This document shows positions 38,487 through 48,506 of a stretch of 58,774 nucleotides of DNA, piece after piece; position 1 is the first letter of the stretch, and every line of letters starts with the position of its first letter. Position numbers and translations under genes: made by a program. The notes under the pieces are model-generated. The model had not been told where the DNA came from, ran no database searches, and saw nothing but the letters and a program-made list of their open reading frames with translations. Source of the DNA: an uncultured Rhizobiaceae bacterium (GTDB lineage Bacteria; Pseudomonadota; Alphaproteobacteria; Rickettsiales; UBA1997); assembly GCA_964484785.1 (NCBI GenBank), contig CAZAFD010000001.1:6671-65444 (forward strand), read 5' to 3'.

Positions 38487-40583
38487 ATGCCAAATAAAAA
38501 GAAACAGCCATCAAACTCAATTGCTTTACAAAAGTTGGAAGAGGTAATAAGTCGTAGTAATTTACCAGCTCAGCTCAAAGGAGCACTTAAGGATAGAGTT
38601 TCTAGTAGTATTGGAACACAGAGCAGAAGTAATATTCAAGAATATATCGACTTGCTACAGAAAGATATAAACCGTGTTGTTCAGGAGATGGAAGCTTTAG
38701 TTGGGTCAATAAAGACGATGACTGATGCTTATCAAGATTTTATATCAAAAAACGTACTAACGATATTTACTAATAACGTTTATGAATGGCTTACTATAGT
38801 AGATTTAGATCAGAGATCTGCCGATAGCATTTCATCTATAGCAAAATGCATAGGAGCTGTGAATAATATACGGGAGGAAACCAAACCTTTATCTGATATA
38901 AGAGACAAAGGTCTTAGAGAAGAGATATACAAAATATATGCAAAGGACCTCGAAACTATATTAAGTAAAAATTCTAGTGATATACAAGTCACTTTGGCTG
39001 CAATTATTGAACTAGAAAAAAACCTTAATGAAACTATATCTTTAATAACCAAAGAATCTTTAATAACTGAAGAATCACTAGAAGAGCGGGTTCTAACATA
39101 TTTAAACGAGCAATCCCCTGGGGACACAACTATAAGCGAATTGGAAAGGCTTATGCAAAGCTTACTACGAGAAGACGAACGCGAGTTACAAGTGACAGAT
39201 CAGCAATTGGCTGCTGCGTCCTTGATAAATGAAGGCCATTTACCAAAACAATGGAAAGATGCTCTTAGGGCAAGCGCTAATTTAAGTCTTGAAGAATACA
39301 AAGCCTTTCTTGCAGCAGGAGAGTTGGAGCTTGCCGCAGAGCATGTAGGATCATTACGTGGTAATATAATCGCTAGTATATACAAGATCGATTTATTGAT
39401 AAAAACACTAGAAAATGTAGTTGCTAACAGTTCTGGGATAATATCTCAAACTACTAAGGATAAATTCAGCGAAAATATTTGTGCATTGTTTACAGAAAAC
39501 AAATTAGAGTCTGTAGTTTCATCCGAATGGATATTGGCCTTGAATGATGCACTAGCATTTAGGATGACAGACCAGAAACTTGGATTGTCTGATACTGATA
39601 TAAAAGATGCAGAACTCAAACAGCTTATATGTGATTTATATCGAAGAAGTGTTGATACCATATTAAGAGAAAATCCTATAAGGATAAATGAGGTTATAAA
39701 TAAAATTAGTGATTTAAATGATGATTTTAATGCAGTTATAGCTTCAGTCAAAACAACTGATCTAGATCTCAAGGGTGTATTAGAGGGAAGAATGATTACA
39801 GTTTTAGAAGGCCAACCTTCTATAACTATGGCTGAGTTACGGCAGATTGTGCGGGCATCGGGAAGAGAAAGAACCACCACGTTAAATGGTGTAATACAGA
39901 AACGATATGAAGAATTCATACAAATAATAAGGAATCTGTATTCTGGCACTGAAATTCCAACAATGGCTATTACTATGATTCAGAATGTTTATTCCACATT
40001 AAGGAATAATAAGCAAAGAAATACATTAGAGTTAATAGCTGCTCTTCCAAATGGACTTGGCAATTTAGATCGTAATTTGGAAACATTAAATAAAATACTT
40101 GGAGAACAAAGCCAAGAATATGCGTTAACAAAAAAGAGAATAAAGGCACAACAAAATCCAATACGTATGATTGCAGCATCCGTGGTGGCTATTGCAGCTG
40201 TAGCAGTTGCTGCTGTAGCCAGTGTGTTTTTAGCACCAATGGCATTTATACCAGTAATTGTAGCAGCTAGTTTATGCGGTATTGCAACGGCAGCGTACGC
40301 CGCATTGCCATTTACAAAAACCCGGAAAAATATGGCATATAAGGCTCTAGATAAAAAGATTATTAAAGAGTTAGAAGCTGCTATAGGCATAGAACCATCC
40401 CGTACTGATGATATATTGGTACTAGCTACTGAGCGAGATCAGACTACACGCATTGAAGTGGCTGATCAGCTTACACAAGGTTCCTCAGTTGATGGTCGTA
40501 GTCAAGGTCAGACTGCTTTGAGCGTAAATCTTAGCCAGGCTATCGAACAAATGTCAGCTCCTGAAGTAACGCGAGAACTGTAG
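38487..40583 (+). CDS. orphan large protein, paralog B: duplicated module plus bilobed hydrophobic hairpin (candidate secreted membrane effector)
   Basis: 698 aa. LPAQLKGALK is at nt 38562 and LPKQWKDALR at 39240 (678 nt apart, in frame). The hydrophobic stretch IAASVVAIAAVAVAAVASVFLAPMAFIPVIVAASLCGIATAAYAALPF and the tail are shared with paralog A. Confidence 0.75.
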   Translation: MPNKKKQPSNSIALQKLEEVISRSNLPAQLKGALKDRVSSSIGTQSRSNIQEYIDLLQKDINRVVQEMEALVGSIKTMTDAYQDFISKNVLTIFTNNVYEWLTIVDLDQRSADSISSIAKCIGAVNNIREETKPLSDIRDKGLREEIYKIYAKDLETILSKNSSDIQVTLAAIIELEKNLNETISLITKESLITEESLEERVLTYLNEQSPGDTTISELERLMQSLLREDERELQVTDQQLAAASLINEGHLPKQWKDALRASANLSLEEYKAFLAAGELELAAEHVGSLRGNIIASIYKIDLLIKTLENVVANSSGIISQTTKDKFSENICALFTENKLESVVSSEWILALNDALAFRMTDQKLGLSDTDIKDAELKQLICDLYRRSVDTILRENPIRINEVINKISDLNDDFNAVIASVKTTDLDLKGVLEGRMITVLEGQPSITMAELRQIVRASGRERTTTLNGVIQKRYEEFIQIIRNLYSGTEIPTMAITMIQNVYSTLRNNKQRNTLELIAALPNGLGNLDRNLETLNKILGEQSQEYALTKKRIKAQQNPIRMIAASVVAIAAVAVAAVASVFLAPMAFIPVIVAASLCGIATAAYAALPFTKTRKNMAYKALDKKIIKELEAAIGIEPSRTDDILVLATERDQTTRIEVADQLTQGSSVDGRSQGQTALSVNLSQAIEQMSAPEVTREL

Positions 40584-40958
40584 GGAATAATAAGCCTAAC
40601 ACAAAACGTATATACATTATTAAGTAATTAATAAAGTATAATACTTTTTGTGTTAGGTTGGTGCTTATATTTCTAAAAGAATTATTTAATCTATCCAAGG
40701 TGATGATGTTAGTTTTGAAAAGATAAAGAGATGTGGGGTTGTATGTTTCTAGTTACTATTATGATACTTTTATAAAATTATCGCACCGCTTTTATTAATA
40801 GAATTTTTTGCGTTATTCACCAGGAGTGTTAAGTACAGCTCTTTTTAAGATAATATAGAGATCATTAATCAAACAATAAAACCAACTTGAATAACAATAT
40901 ACCGGTCTCTTGGTTGAATTGAAATAAACTTGAATACAAGGCATATAAAAACAAAGAC

Positions 40959-41043
40959 TGGTGGGGAGAGAAGGATTCGAACCTTCGAACACAATGTGGG
41001 CAGATTTACAGTCTGCTGCCTTTGACCGCTCGGCAATCTCCCC
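40959..41043 (-). tRNA. tRNA-Tyr (GUA), class II long variable arm, CCA encoded
   Basis: The reverse complement is GGGGAGATTGCCGAGCGGTCAAAGGCAGCAGACTGTAAATCTGCCCACATTGTGTTCGAAGGTTCGAATCCTTCTCTCCCCACCA. It has the anticodon loop CTGTAAA and is close to the E. coli tRNA-Tyr pattern. Confidence 0.9.
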
Positions 41044-41562
41044 CACCTTAGTGACCGATTCTACCAGAGTATTTTTTAGAATCAAGTATAAATTTGCTTT
41101 ATATTGCTAAGATATTTAACAAACTGGTCCCTTTTAGAGTTAATAATCTGATGTTATACGAGTTATAGATTTATTTATAGCTTTCTTAATATTTTTTATA
41201 TCTATTTAATTTTCTACAAAATCATTCTTTATTATGACGAATTTTTTACGATGATATAGGTTTGTTTTTACTCTGATATTAGTTAAATCGACCTTTTGGT
41301 GAGTTTTTTGTCTATTTTGTCTAACCAAGTTTTCTTATAAATTTAATTTTCCAAATATTTTTAGTATTTTAAAATATAAACTTTGTGTACTTTGCTATTG
41401 TGGCGAACCTAAAACAGCTGTTATAGTAGTAATGCGATATTGTTCTGGCGTTTTTTATAACATAAAATACATTCTTATGTGATGGCATACCTAGTGGTTT
41501 TATAAAAATCATTTAATGTTTTAATTTTAGATTATTGTGCTTGTCTATTTTATATTGGCGAC

Positions 41563-41588
41563 CAATAGCACATATCAATAGCACATAT
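41563..41588. repeat. perfect tandem duplication of a 13-mer (caatagcacatat x2)
   Basis: Read directly from the sequence. It lies ~135 bp upstream of the putative kdsA promoter in a 700-bp non-coding spacer. Confidence 0.8.
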
Positions 41589-41720
41589 AATTATTGACTT
41601 TGTTAAAATGTGGACTTTCTGAGTTTTTATTTTATAGCTTGAAATTTTATGTAAAGTCTTGGGGAAGAATATAAAATAGAAGTTTATTAGTATAACTATA
41701 AAATTACGCTTATTTCTTAT

Positions 41721-41749
41721 TTGACTTGTATAAAATACACCAATAATAT
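41721..41749 (+). promoter_or_regulatory. putative sigma70 promoter of kdsA
   Basis: TTGACT (41721-41726), a 17-nt spacer and TAATAT (41744-41749). If this promoter is used, the TTG start at 41749 is impossible and the ATG at 41761 would have a very short leader. Confidence 0.35.
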
Positions 41750-42645
41750 TGGATCGAAAAATGATTATTAAAAACACTTATAGAAGTATGATAAATGATA
41801 AGGTTATAAAGGTTGCTGATATAGAAATAGGAAATAGTAAACCTATTTTTTTAATAGGAGGACCTTGCCAATTAGAAAATTTAGATCATTCGCTATATTT
41901 AGCTGAAGCTATAAATAAGATTTGTAAGAAACTTAAAATATCTTATATTTTTAAAGGATCTTTTGATAAAGCAAACAGGACTAGTTTAAAATCAATGAGA
42001 GGTGTTGGATGTGAAAAAGGTTTAGAAATTCTTGCACAAGTTAAGAAACAAATTGGTATTCCAGTTGTAACAGATATTCATTTACCGGATCAAGCTAAAT
42101 TAATTGCTGAGGTTTGTGATATATTGCAAATCCCTGCATTTTTATGTAGACAATTAGATTTGATAGAGGCTGCAGCCAAACAAGGTAAACCAATGCATAT
42201 TAAAAAAATGCAAAACTTGGCTCCTTGGTCTATGGAGAGTGTCGTAAAAAACTGTGAAGCCTATGGTAATGATAAGGTAATTTTGTGTGACAGAGGTACC
42301 GCTTTTGGTTACGGGTCTCAAGTTATTGATATGAGATCTTTTCCAATTATGGCTCAATGGGCTCCTGTGTCAGTGGATTGTACCCACGCTGTTCAACATC
42401 CTGGTAGTAGTAATACAACTGGCGGTAACAGAGACATGGCTCAAGTTATAGCTAGTGCTGCTGTTGCTGTTGGAGTTGCTGGAGTTTTTGCGGAAATTCA
42501 TCAAGATCCAAAAAATGCACCATCTGATGCTGCAACAATGATAGAATTAGATCGTTTGGAAACTATTTTGCATAGACTAAAATTATTGGATGATATTGCA
42601 AAATCTAATCCTATAGAGATTAGGGATTATACCGTTGTTATGTAA
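41749..42645 (+). CDS. kdsA: 2-dehydro-3-deoxyphosphooctonate aldolase (KDO-8-P synthase)
   Basis: It has LIGGPCQLEN, FKGSFDKANRTS, VVTDIH, QIPAFLCRQ and DCTHAVQHPG motifs. The likely true start is the ATG at 41761 (MIIKNTY). Confidence 0.9.
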   Translation: MDRKMIIKNTYRSMINDKVIKVADIEIGNSKPIFLIGGPCQLENLDHSLYLAEAINKICKKLKISYIFKGSFDKANRTSLKSMRGVGCEKGLEILAQVKKQIGIPVVTDIHLPDQAKLIAEVCDILQIPAFLCRQLDLIEAAAKQGKPMHIKKMQNLAPWSMESVVKNCEAYGNDKVILCDRGTAFGYGSQVIDMRSFPIMAQWAPVSVDCTHAVQHPGSSNTTGGNRDMAQVIASAAVAVGVAGVFAEIHQDPKNAPSDAATMIELDRLETILHRLKLLDDIAKSNPIEIRDYTVVM

Positions 42646-42673
42646 TTAGTAAAAGACCTTAAGAAAGAGTATA

Positions 42674-43009
42674 ATGGATAGAAGTATTAATGATCAGAAA
42701 CTTGACGTTTTGCACGAAGATGTTTTGGCACCAAAAATGGTAGCGGTAGGCAATAAAAACGTTGCATCTTTAATAACTTTTATCATTAAGACAAGTCTTT
42801 TAATTATATTCTTTCCACTACTTCTTTTAAGAAAGATTTTTTCTATAAAAATTGTTTGTAGTCTCTTTAAAGATATATGTATTGCTGTGTATATAGCAGT
42901 TATAATAATTGGCGTATTGTTGATTATAAAAAATTCCAACAAAAAGACTACAAACGAGTTTTACAGCGATAAGATAGATTATATTAATAAAATAAAAAGT
43001 TTTAATTAG
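42674..43009 (+). CDS. hypothetical small membrane protein (two predicted TM helices)
   Basis: 111 aa with the hydrophobic segments LITFIIKTSLLIIFFPLLLL and ICIAVYIAVIIIGVLLII. I recognise no motif. Its coding status is uncertain in AT-rich DNA. Confidence 0.4.
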   Translation: MDRSINDQKLDVLHEDVLAPKMVAVGNKNVASLITFIIKTSLLIIFFPLLLLRKIFSIKIVCSLFKDICIAVYIAVIIIGVLLIIKNSNKKTTNEFYSDKIDYINKIKSFN

Positions 43010-43018
43010 GTTTTTAGA

Positions 43019-44002
43019 ATGAAGTATCAAGAATCTTTCTTAAATTATTTGTATAGTGCGAAAGGATATTCGCAAAATACCATATCATCTTATCAATCTG
43101 ATCTTAATAAACTCCAGGTTTTTCTATCAAGCATAAAGAAACCGTTCACGCAGGTAAAGGTGGAGGATTTGGAACATTATTTAGTGTGGTTAAGGGGTTT
43201 GGTTTCGAATCGCAGTATAGCACGTAATATATCTAGTATTAAACATTTTTATGATTTTCTTCTCACAAAAAATCTAATTACTGATAATCCAGCGAGTTTG
43301 ATAGAGCACAGTAAGACAGTTAATAAATTACCAAATTTTTTATCGGAAAGTGAAATAGCTTCTCTTTTACATGTAGCTGGTCAAGATAACAGTAATTTTG
43401 GTATTTTTATTAATTGTATGATCAACATACTATATGCTACTGGTTTACGCGTTTCTGAATTGGTTACCTTGAAGATTGGGGCTATAGAAAAAGAATTTTT
43501 GTCAGATGGCACAAATTATACCTTAAGAGAATATATAAAAATAAAGGGCAAAGGATCTAAAGAAAGATTGGTTCCACTAAACCAAAGTAGCTTAAAGTCA
43601 TTATATATATATTTGTCATTGAGAGATAAGTTATTGCAGAATGACTTTTCTGAATATTTATTTACAACAAAAATTTCATTTGCCAAACAAGGTAAAAGTC
43701 AAAAAATAGCGATTAATGCAAACAAAAAGGACAATCATATTTCAAGACAAGTTTTTGCTAAGATGCTAAAATCTTTAGCGCTAAAGGCTGGTATTGACCC
43801 AGCTAAAATTTCCCCTCATACAATTCGACATTCAATAGCAACACACTTACTTAAGAACGGAGCTGATTTAAAAGTGATCCAAGAGATTTTAGGTCATTCC
43901 GATATTAGTACTACGCAAATTTATACCCACATTATAAATGATAAACTGATTGATACAGTTAAAAAACACCATCCTTTATCAAGAATCAAAAATAGATTTT
44001 AA
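43019..44002 (+). CDS. xerD: site-specific tyrosine recombinase XerD-like
   Basis: 327 aa. It has the N-terminal SAM-like domain (KGYSQNTISSYQSDLNKL) and the catalytic residues ATGLRVSEL...HTIRHSIATHLLKNGADLKVIQEILGHSDISTTQIYTH. Confidence 0.75.
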   Translation: MKYQESFLNYLYSAKGYSQNTISSYQSDLNKLQVFLSSIKKPFTQVKVEDLEHYLVWLRGLVSNRSIARNISSIKHFYDFLLTKNLITDNPASLIEHSKTVNKLPNFLSESEIASLLHVAGQDNSNFGIFINCMINILYATGLRVSELVTLKIGAIEKEFLSDGTNYTLREYIKIKGKGSKERLVPLNQSSLKSLYIYLSLRDKLLQNDFSEYLFTTKISFAKQGKSQKIAINANKKDNHISRQVFAKMLKSLALKAGIDPAKISPHTIRHSIATHLLKNGADLKVIQEILGHSDISTTQIYTHIINDKLIDTVKKHHPLSRIKNRF

Positions 44003-44139
44003 GTTCTAAGGCAATTTTTAGAAAATATGTTGACTATGTCTAAATTTAAAGTAATATACTTGAGTGCGTCCTATAATCTATGGGAATTATTTATACTATT
44101 ATGATGGCGCAGCGGATTATCAATTAATTAAAATTTTAC

Positions 44140-45210
44140 ATGTTAAATATAAGTGATTTTATTACCGCTGACACTTTGTTGATGTCAGGGGTGATGAAGG
44201 TTAGTATTAGATTTTTAATGGTAATTTTTGTTACTATTTTATTAGAATATCTTTTTAAATACATTAACAAAAAAACAGAGAGTGGAAAGTTTGGTGCCAA
44301 TATTCAGTTAATATCTGCACTCAAGAATCCGCTTATATTTTTTTTATGGGGTTTTTTTGCGATTTCAACATTTACCTTGATTGAGACGAGTTTTGATTTT
44401 AATGTATATAACTTTTTATTCTTTCTTAAAACGATAATTGTTGGTTGTGGTTCTGTATGGCTAGCATCTAGCTTTATTAATCAATATGCTAAGATTGTTG
44501 TCGAAAAGAGAGAGGTTGCTCAACAAAGAGTTGATTATGGTTTTGTAGAGTTTACCAAAAAAATCTGCCTAATGATAACCATTATGTTGGTTTTGATGAT
44601 GTCATTGCAGCGCTTAGGCATTAAACTGGGAGCCATCCTAACAATAGGAGGTATTGGTGGTTTAGCAGTTGGTTTTGCTGCAAAAGATTTTTTATCCAAT
44701 CTATTTGGTGGTTTAGTACTTTATTTAGACAAGCCTTTTACTGTTGGAGACTGGATATCTTCTCCAGAGAAACACATTGAAGGTATAGTGCAGGAGATTG
44801 GTTGGAGAGAAACTAAAATTGCTACTTTCTCAAATTATCCTATCTATTTACCAAACTTCATTTTTACTGGAATTATTATTGAAAATAAAAGCAGAATGCC
44901 TTCTCGTAAAATTACAGACACTTTTAGTATCAGGTTTTGTGATGCTGATAAGGCTAGCACTATTGTAGAAGAAATTAAAGCATTCTTAAATACAAATCAG
45001 TGTCTTAATAAGAAAATGGGTAACGTTGTAATCATAGAAAGTATTAGTAACTCCGCACTAGAAATCTACTTACAAGCTTATTCTAATCTTATTAGCTTTG
45101 CTCAATATAAACAAGTTAGACACGATATTTTTCTAAAAGTTATTGAAATAATAAAGAAGAATGGCGCAGAGTTAACATCTAATACAGTTGTTGCTTTAAA
45201 ACAAAATTAG
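44140..45210 (+). CDS. mechanosensitive ion channel, MscS family
   Basis: 356 aa with several N-terminal TM helices, then the pore/beta-domain signature GLAVGFAAKDFLSNLFGGLVLYLDKPFTVGDWI. Confidence 0.85.
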   Translation: MLNISDFITADTLLMSGVMKVSIRFLMVIFVTILLEYLFKYINKKTESGKFGANIQLISALKNPLIFFLWGFFAISTFTLIETSFDFNVYNFLFFLKTIIVGCGSVWLASSFINQYAKIVVEKREVAQQRVDYGFVEFTKKICLMITIMLVLMMSLQRLGIKLGAILTIGGIGGLAVGFAAKDFLSNLFGGLVLYLDKPFTVGDWISSPEKHIEGIVQEIGWRETKIATFSNYPIYLPNFIFTGIIIENKSRMPSRKITDTFSIRFCDADKASTIVEEIKAFLNTNQCLNKKMGNVVIIESISNSALEIYLQAYSNLISFAQYKQVRHDIFLKVIEIIKKNGAELTSNTVVALKQN

Positions 45211-45251
45211 TATTAAATAAAGATTTGTAAAAATATAGATATATATTTTAT

Positions 45252-45872
45252 ATGAATAATGATATTAAGCGAAAGATACCAAACTATTTAACTATACTTA
45301 GGATAGTACTTATACCAGTTATAGTAGGTTTATTCTATATTCCAGGAAAAATAACTAGTTTAGTTATAGCTTTATTGTTCATGTTGGCTAGTATAACCGA
45401 CTATTTTGACGGTTATCTAGCAAGATATTATAAGGTACAATCTAACTTTGGTGTTTGCTTTGATCCAATAGCTGATAAACTATTGGTAGCAGTTGTGCTA
45501 ATTATGCTCGTTGGTTCTTATGATGGCGCTATATATATTCTTATGCCTAGTATTATTATTATATGTAGGGAAATTCTAGTGTCAGGATTAAGAGAGTTTT
45601 TAGCAAACTTTAAAGTGAGTATGCCCGTTACTAAATTAGCTAAGTGGAAAACCGCTATACAAATGATAGCAATTACGATACTTTTACTAGTTAACAAAAA
45701 TTCTTTATATTCTCTTGATATTTTAACCTCCGTTTTGGGTATAGGTAATACTACGAAATTATTTCTTAGTGAATTAATACAGACTACGGGGGTGGTCCTA
45801 CTAAATATAGCTTCCATCTTAACAATCATTACGGGTTACGCTTATTATAGGTTATTTTCAAAAAAGATATAG
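45252..45872 (+). CDS. pgsA: CDP-diacylglycerol--glycerol-3-phosphate 3-phosphatidyltransferase
   Basis: 206 aa with the CDP-alcohol phosphatidyltransferase motif DYFDGYLARYYKVQSNFGVCFDPIADKLL. Confidence 0.85.
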   Translation: MNNDIKRKIPNYLTILRIVLIPVIVGLFYIPGKITSLVIALLFMLASITDYFDGYLARYYKVQSNFGVCFDPIADKLLVAVVLIMLVGSYDGAIYILMPSIIIICREILVSGLREFLANFKVSMPVTKLAKWKTAIQMIAITILLLVNKNSLYSLDILTSVLGIGNTTKLFLSELIQTTGVVLLNIASILTIITGYAYYRLFSKKI

Positions 45873-46607
45873 ATGTCGGTTATAAATGATCGCGGAATCA
45901 TTTTTTATACCAAAAAATATAACGAAAGATCGCTTTTAGTAAAAATCTTAAGCGAAAGCCATGGAGTGGTAATTGGTTATATCACGAATGCGCTTAGTAA
46001 GTATAATTCTTTTAAAAATCAAATTGGAAATTATGTATCCTTTAATCATGTCAAAAAAACTGATGATAGTATAGGTTTGTTGACGACAGAGGTAATCTAT
46101 TCCAATATAGAGGCTTTTTTTACCAGTAAGGGAGGAATGATTTTATTAGAGTCACTTACGTTTTTTTTAGATTCCTTTATTAAGGAAAATCTCTATGAGC
46201 AAAAATTGTATAATTTATTTAAAAATATTATTTTTGCTATAAAAAATAATGCTAAGGATATAATACTTTATTATTTAGATTTTATTTTATATCTATGCGA
46301 GTATTTAGGTATTAATATAAATTATGATATATGTTGTATAACTCATACAAATAAAGACCTATGTTATATTTCGCCAAAAACTGGTAATGCTGTATGTAAA
46401 ACTGTAGGTTATAAATACAGAGCTAGCCTTTTTAAAATTCCTATGTGTTTTACAAAATATTGTACAGATTCAGAAGATATACGAAATGCTCTACATATTA
46501 TTTTTTATTTTCTTCATAAATTTCTTTTAGAACAAAATTTAATTTACCTAGAAAAGAATTTTCTCTTTTTAAGAGATAGAGTTTTATCCTTGTTAGATAA
46601 AGAATAA
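45873..46607 (+). CDS. recO: DNA repair protein RecO (divergent)
   Basis: 244 aa. It has an N-terminal OB-like region (DRGIIFYTKKYNERSLLVKILSESHGVV) and a Cys cluster (CCITHTNKDLCYISPKTGNAVC) like the RecO Zn finger. It starts immediately after the pgsA stop. Confidence 0.55.
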   Translation: MSVINDRGIIFYTKKYNERSLLVKILSESHGVVIGYITNALSKYNSFKNQIGNYVSFNHVKKTDDSIGLLTTEVIYSNIEAFFTSKGGMILLESLTFFLDSFIKENLYEQKLYNLFKNIIFAIKNNAKDIILYYLDFILYLCEYLGININYDICCITHTNKDLCYISPKTGNAVCKTVGYKYRASLFKIPMCFTKYCTDSEDIRNALHIIFYFLHKFLLEQNLIYLEKNFLFLRDRVLSLLDKE

Positions 46608-46969
46608 AAACATAAAATCCATTATTTTGCCTAGGCCAATAGGGGTTATAAGCATCTCAAGTCAAATTATAGGAATTATTATTTATACTGATAGAAGTCT
46701 GAGTTTTCTAATTTATTGGGTGAGTTGATTATTTTTAATAAAAATTATTAAATTCATAGAATAAATTGGTTATTATTTAGTTCATAATATTATAAGAATA
46801 TAAAGATACTTTTTTATTTAGGTTTTAATGCTTTCTTTATCGGTTTCAATACACAGTGTTTCAAATATAATAAGAATGTCATTTAAATGTTCTTTTTATA
46901 AAAGAAAAGAATTTTTGTATAAAAATATTAGGACTATCCTTAACCATTCAAATACTATAAATAATTTGC

Positions 46970-46998
46970 TTGAAAATTAAAATGGTTCTTATTAGAAT
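46970..46998 (+). promoter_or_regulatory. putative sigma70 promoter for tRNA(CAU)-rpmI-rplT
   Basis: TTGAAA (46970-46975), a 17-nt spacer and TAGAAT (46993-46998). It lies ~20 nt upstream of the tRNA. Confidence 0.5.
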
Positions 46999-47019
46999 CA
47001 ATCTTGCAAAGTCAAAAAT

Positions 47020-47095
47020 GGGGCTGTAGCTCAGTGGTGAGAGCAGGACGCTCATAACGTTTTGGTCGTGGGTTCAAATCCTACCAGCCCCACCA
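47020..47095 (+). tRNA. tRNA with anticodon CAU (elongator Met or Ile2-lysidine type), CCA encoded
   Basis: GGGGCTGTAGCTCAGTGGTGAGAGCAGGACGCTCATAACGTTTTGGTCGTGGGTTCAAATCCTACCAGCCCCACCA folds by hand as a cloverleaf. It has no initiator features. Confidence 0.85.
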
Positions 47096-47122
47096 TTTAT
47101 TAAAATCGATAATTTTTATAAA

Positions 47123-47344
47123 ATGCCAAAACTAAAGACTAAAAGTATCTGCAAGAGAAAATTTAGAATTACTGGTACAGGTAAAATTAGGTATAAAACC
47201 ACTAATAAAAGACACGGAATGGCAAAAAAAAGCTCTAGACAAAATCGAGAGAATTCAAAGCCTAGTTTTCTAGATCAAAGTACTTCGAAATATGTATTGA
47301 AGAACTTTTTGAGTTATTTTAAGAAATTGAAAAAAACATTGTAG
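47123..47344 (+). CDS. rpmI: 50S ribosomal protein L35
   Basis: [37 protein letters not shown] matches the L35 pattern. The 73-aa product has a somewhat extended C-terminus. Confidence 0.88.
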   Translation: MPKLKTKSICKRKFRITGTGKIRYKTTNKRHGMAKKSSRQNRENSKPSFLDQSTSKYVLKNFLSYFKKLKKTL

Positions 47345-47353
47345 GTATTACCG

Positions 47354-47701
47354 ATGACGCGATCAACAAATAATGTTGCTGCTAAGGCTAGAAGAAAAAA
47401 GATATTGAGCTTAGCTAAGGGTTTTAGAGGACGTGCTAAGAATTGTTATACTATTGCTCGGGAAAGAGTAGAAAAGGCATTGCAATATGCTTATAGAGAT
47501 AGAAAAACCAGAAAGAGAGATTTTAGAGCGCTATGGATACAACGAATTAATGCCGCTGTAAGATCATATGGTATCGTATATTCTGATTTTATTAATGCTT
47601 TGAAAAAAAATAAGGTGTTAATTGATAGAAAGATGCTGGCAAATCTTAGTGTAAGAGAGCCTCAGGCTTTTGCCAACATAGTACATTTTGTTACCAAATA
47701 A
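47354..47701 (+). CDS. rplT: 50S ribosomal protein L20
   Basis: 115 aa. [58 protein letters not shown] is typical of L20. Confidence 0.93.
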   Translation: MTRSTNNVAAKARRKKILSLAKGFRGRAKNCYTIARERVEKALQYAYRDRKTRKRDFRALWIQRINAAVRSYGIVYSDFINALKKNKVLIDRKMLANLSVREPQAFANIVHFVTK

Positions 47702-47719
47702 CATATTCAAATAAGTGGT

Positions 47720-48427
47720 ATGAATCTTGACTATAACATAGTACATATACAAGAAACCGATTCTACCATGAACGAAATACGTAAATATAGCGCACCGGTT
47801 GCGCTATATTCTGACCGACAAACTGCTGGTAGAGGTAAGGGTGACCGTAAATGGGACTGTAGTAGTAATAATAATTTATACATGTCTATCAAAATTAAAG
47901 CGGATAATCCAAGTTATAATTACTTTCAATTAACGTTCTTAATAGCTGTTGCAATTTCCAACGCTCTCAGACGTTTGACTGATGGTAAAATTGAACTTCA
48001 TAACAAGTGGCCTAATGATGTCCTATTATCTGGTAAGAAGTTGGTGGGTATTCTTCTCGAAAATGATCCTCTAAGTAAAGAACTAGTAATAGGTTTTGGT
48101 GTTAATATAGATTATTGTCCTGAAACAGCATTGTTTTCTGCTACATCATTGCTGGCGGAGGGTTTTAAAATTGATAAAAACGATCTTGCTAAAGCGATTG
48201 TTCTTGAATTTGATATACAATTGCGGCATTGGAAAAATTTTGGTTTTAAACCTATTAAGGAACTATGGGTGTCTAATGTTTATAATTTTAAACAAGAGAT
48301 AACTGTGAAGAATTCAAAATATCCTGATCTGAAAGGTATATTTGCAGATTTTACCGATGATGGTGTTCTAGTTTTGGAAATGCCAGATGGTCAACTTGTA
48401 AATATTCATTCTGGTGATATTTTCTAG
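47720..48427 (+). CDS. birA: biotin--[acetyl-CoA-carboxylase] ligase (group I, no HTH domain)
   Basis: 235 aa with the biotin-binding loop QTAGRGKGDRKWDC, KWPNDVLLSGKKLVGILLE and a C-terminal SH3-like end. Confidence 0.82.
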   Translation: MNLDYNIVHIQETDSTMNEIRKYSAPVALYSDRQTAGRGKGDRKWDCSSNNNLYMSIKIKADNPSYNYFQLTFLIAVAISNALRRLTDGKIELHNKWPNDVLLSGKKLVGILLENDPLSKELVIGFGVNIDYCPETALFSATSLLAEGFKIDKNDLAKAIVLEFDIQLRHWKNFGFKPIKELWVSNVYNFKQEITVKNSKYPDLKGIFADFTDDGVLVLEMPDGQLVNIHSGDIF

Positions 48428-48506
48428 AATTCTAATTATATTTTAGTACTTTAACTTTTTAAGATTATAGATAATATATCTTCTATAGAAGATATTATAA
48501 ATTTTT

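Noticed and set aside
39446-40390. Antisense ORFs of 167, 133 and 68 aa (39446-39949, 39989-40390, 39973-40179) opposite paralog B
   Set aside because: They overlap a much longer sense ORF that has a conserved paralog. The Ala-rich 133-aa frame is just the mirror of the Ala/Val-rich TM hairpin codons. They have no independent support.
41563-41588. Tandem 13-mer and other short repeats as a CRISPR array
   Set aside because: There are only two directly abutting copies, with no spacers and no cas genes. I saw no repeat-spacer architecture anywhere in the window.
41550-41777. 75-aa minus-strand ORF upstream of kdsA
   Set aside because: It is an AT-rich intergenic frame overlapping the putative kdsA promoter and start. 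It has no motif and its product is I/F/N-rich.
43019-44002. Tyrosine recombinase as a marker of a prophage, integrative element or genomic island
   Set aside because: Its sequence has the XerD-type C-terminal motif (LGHSDISTTQIYTH). It is flanked by housekeeping genes (kdsA, mscS, pgsA). I saw no att-like direct repeats or phage genes.
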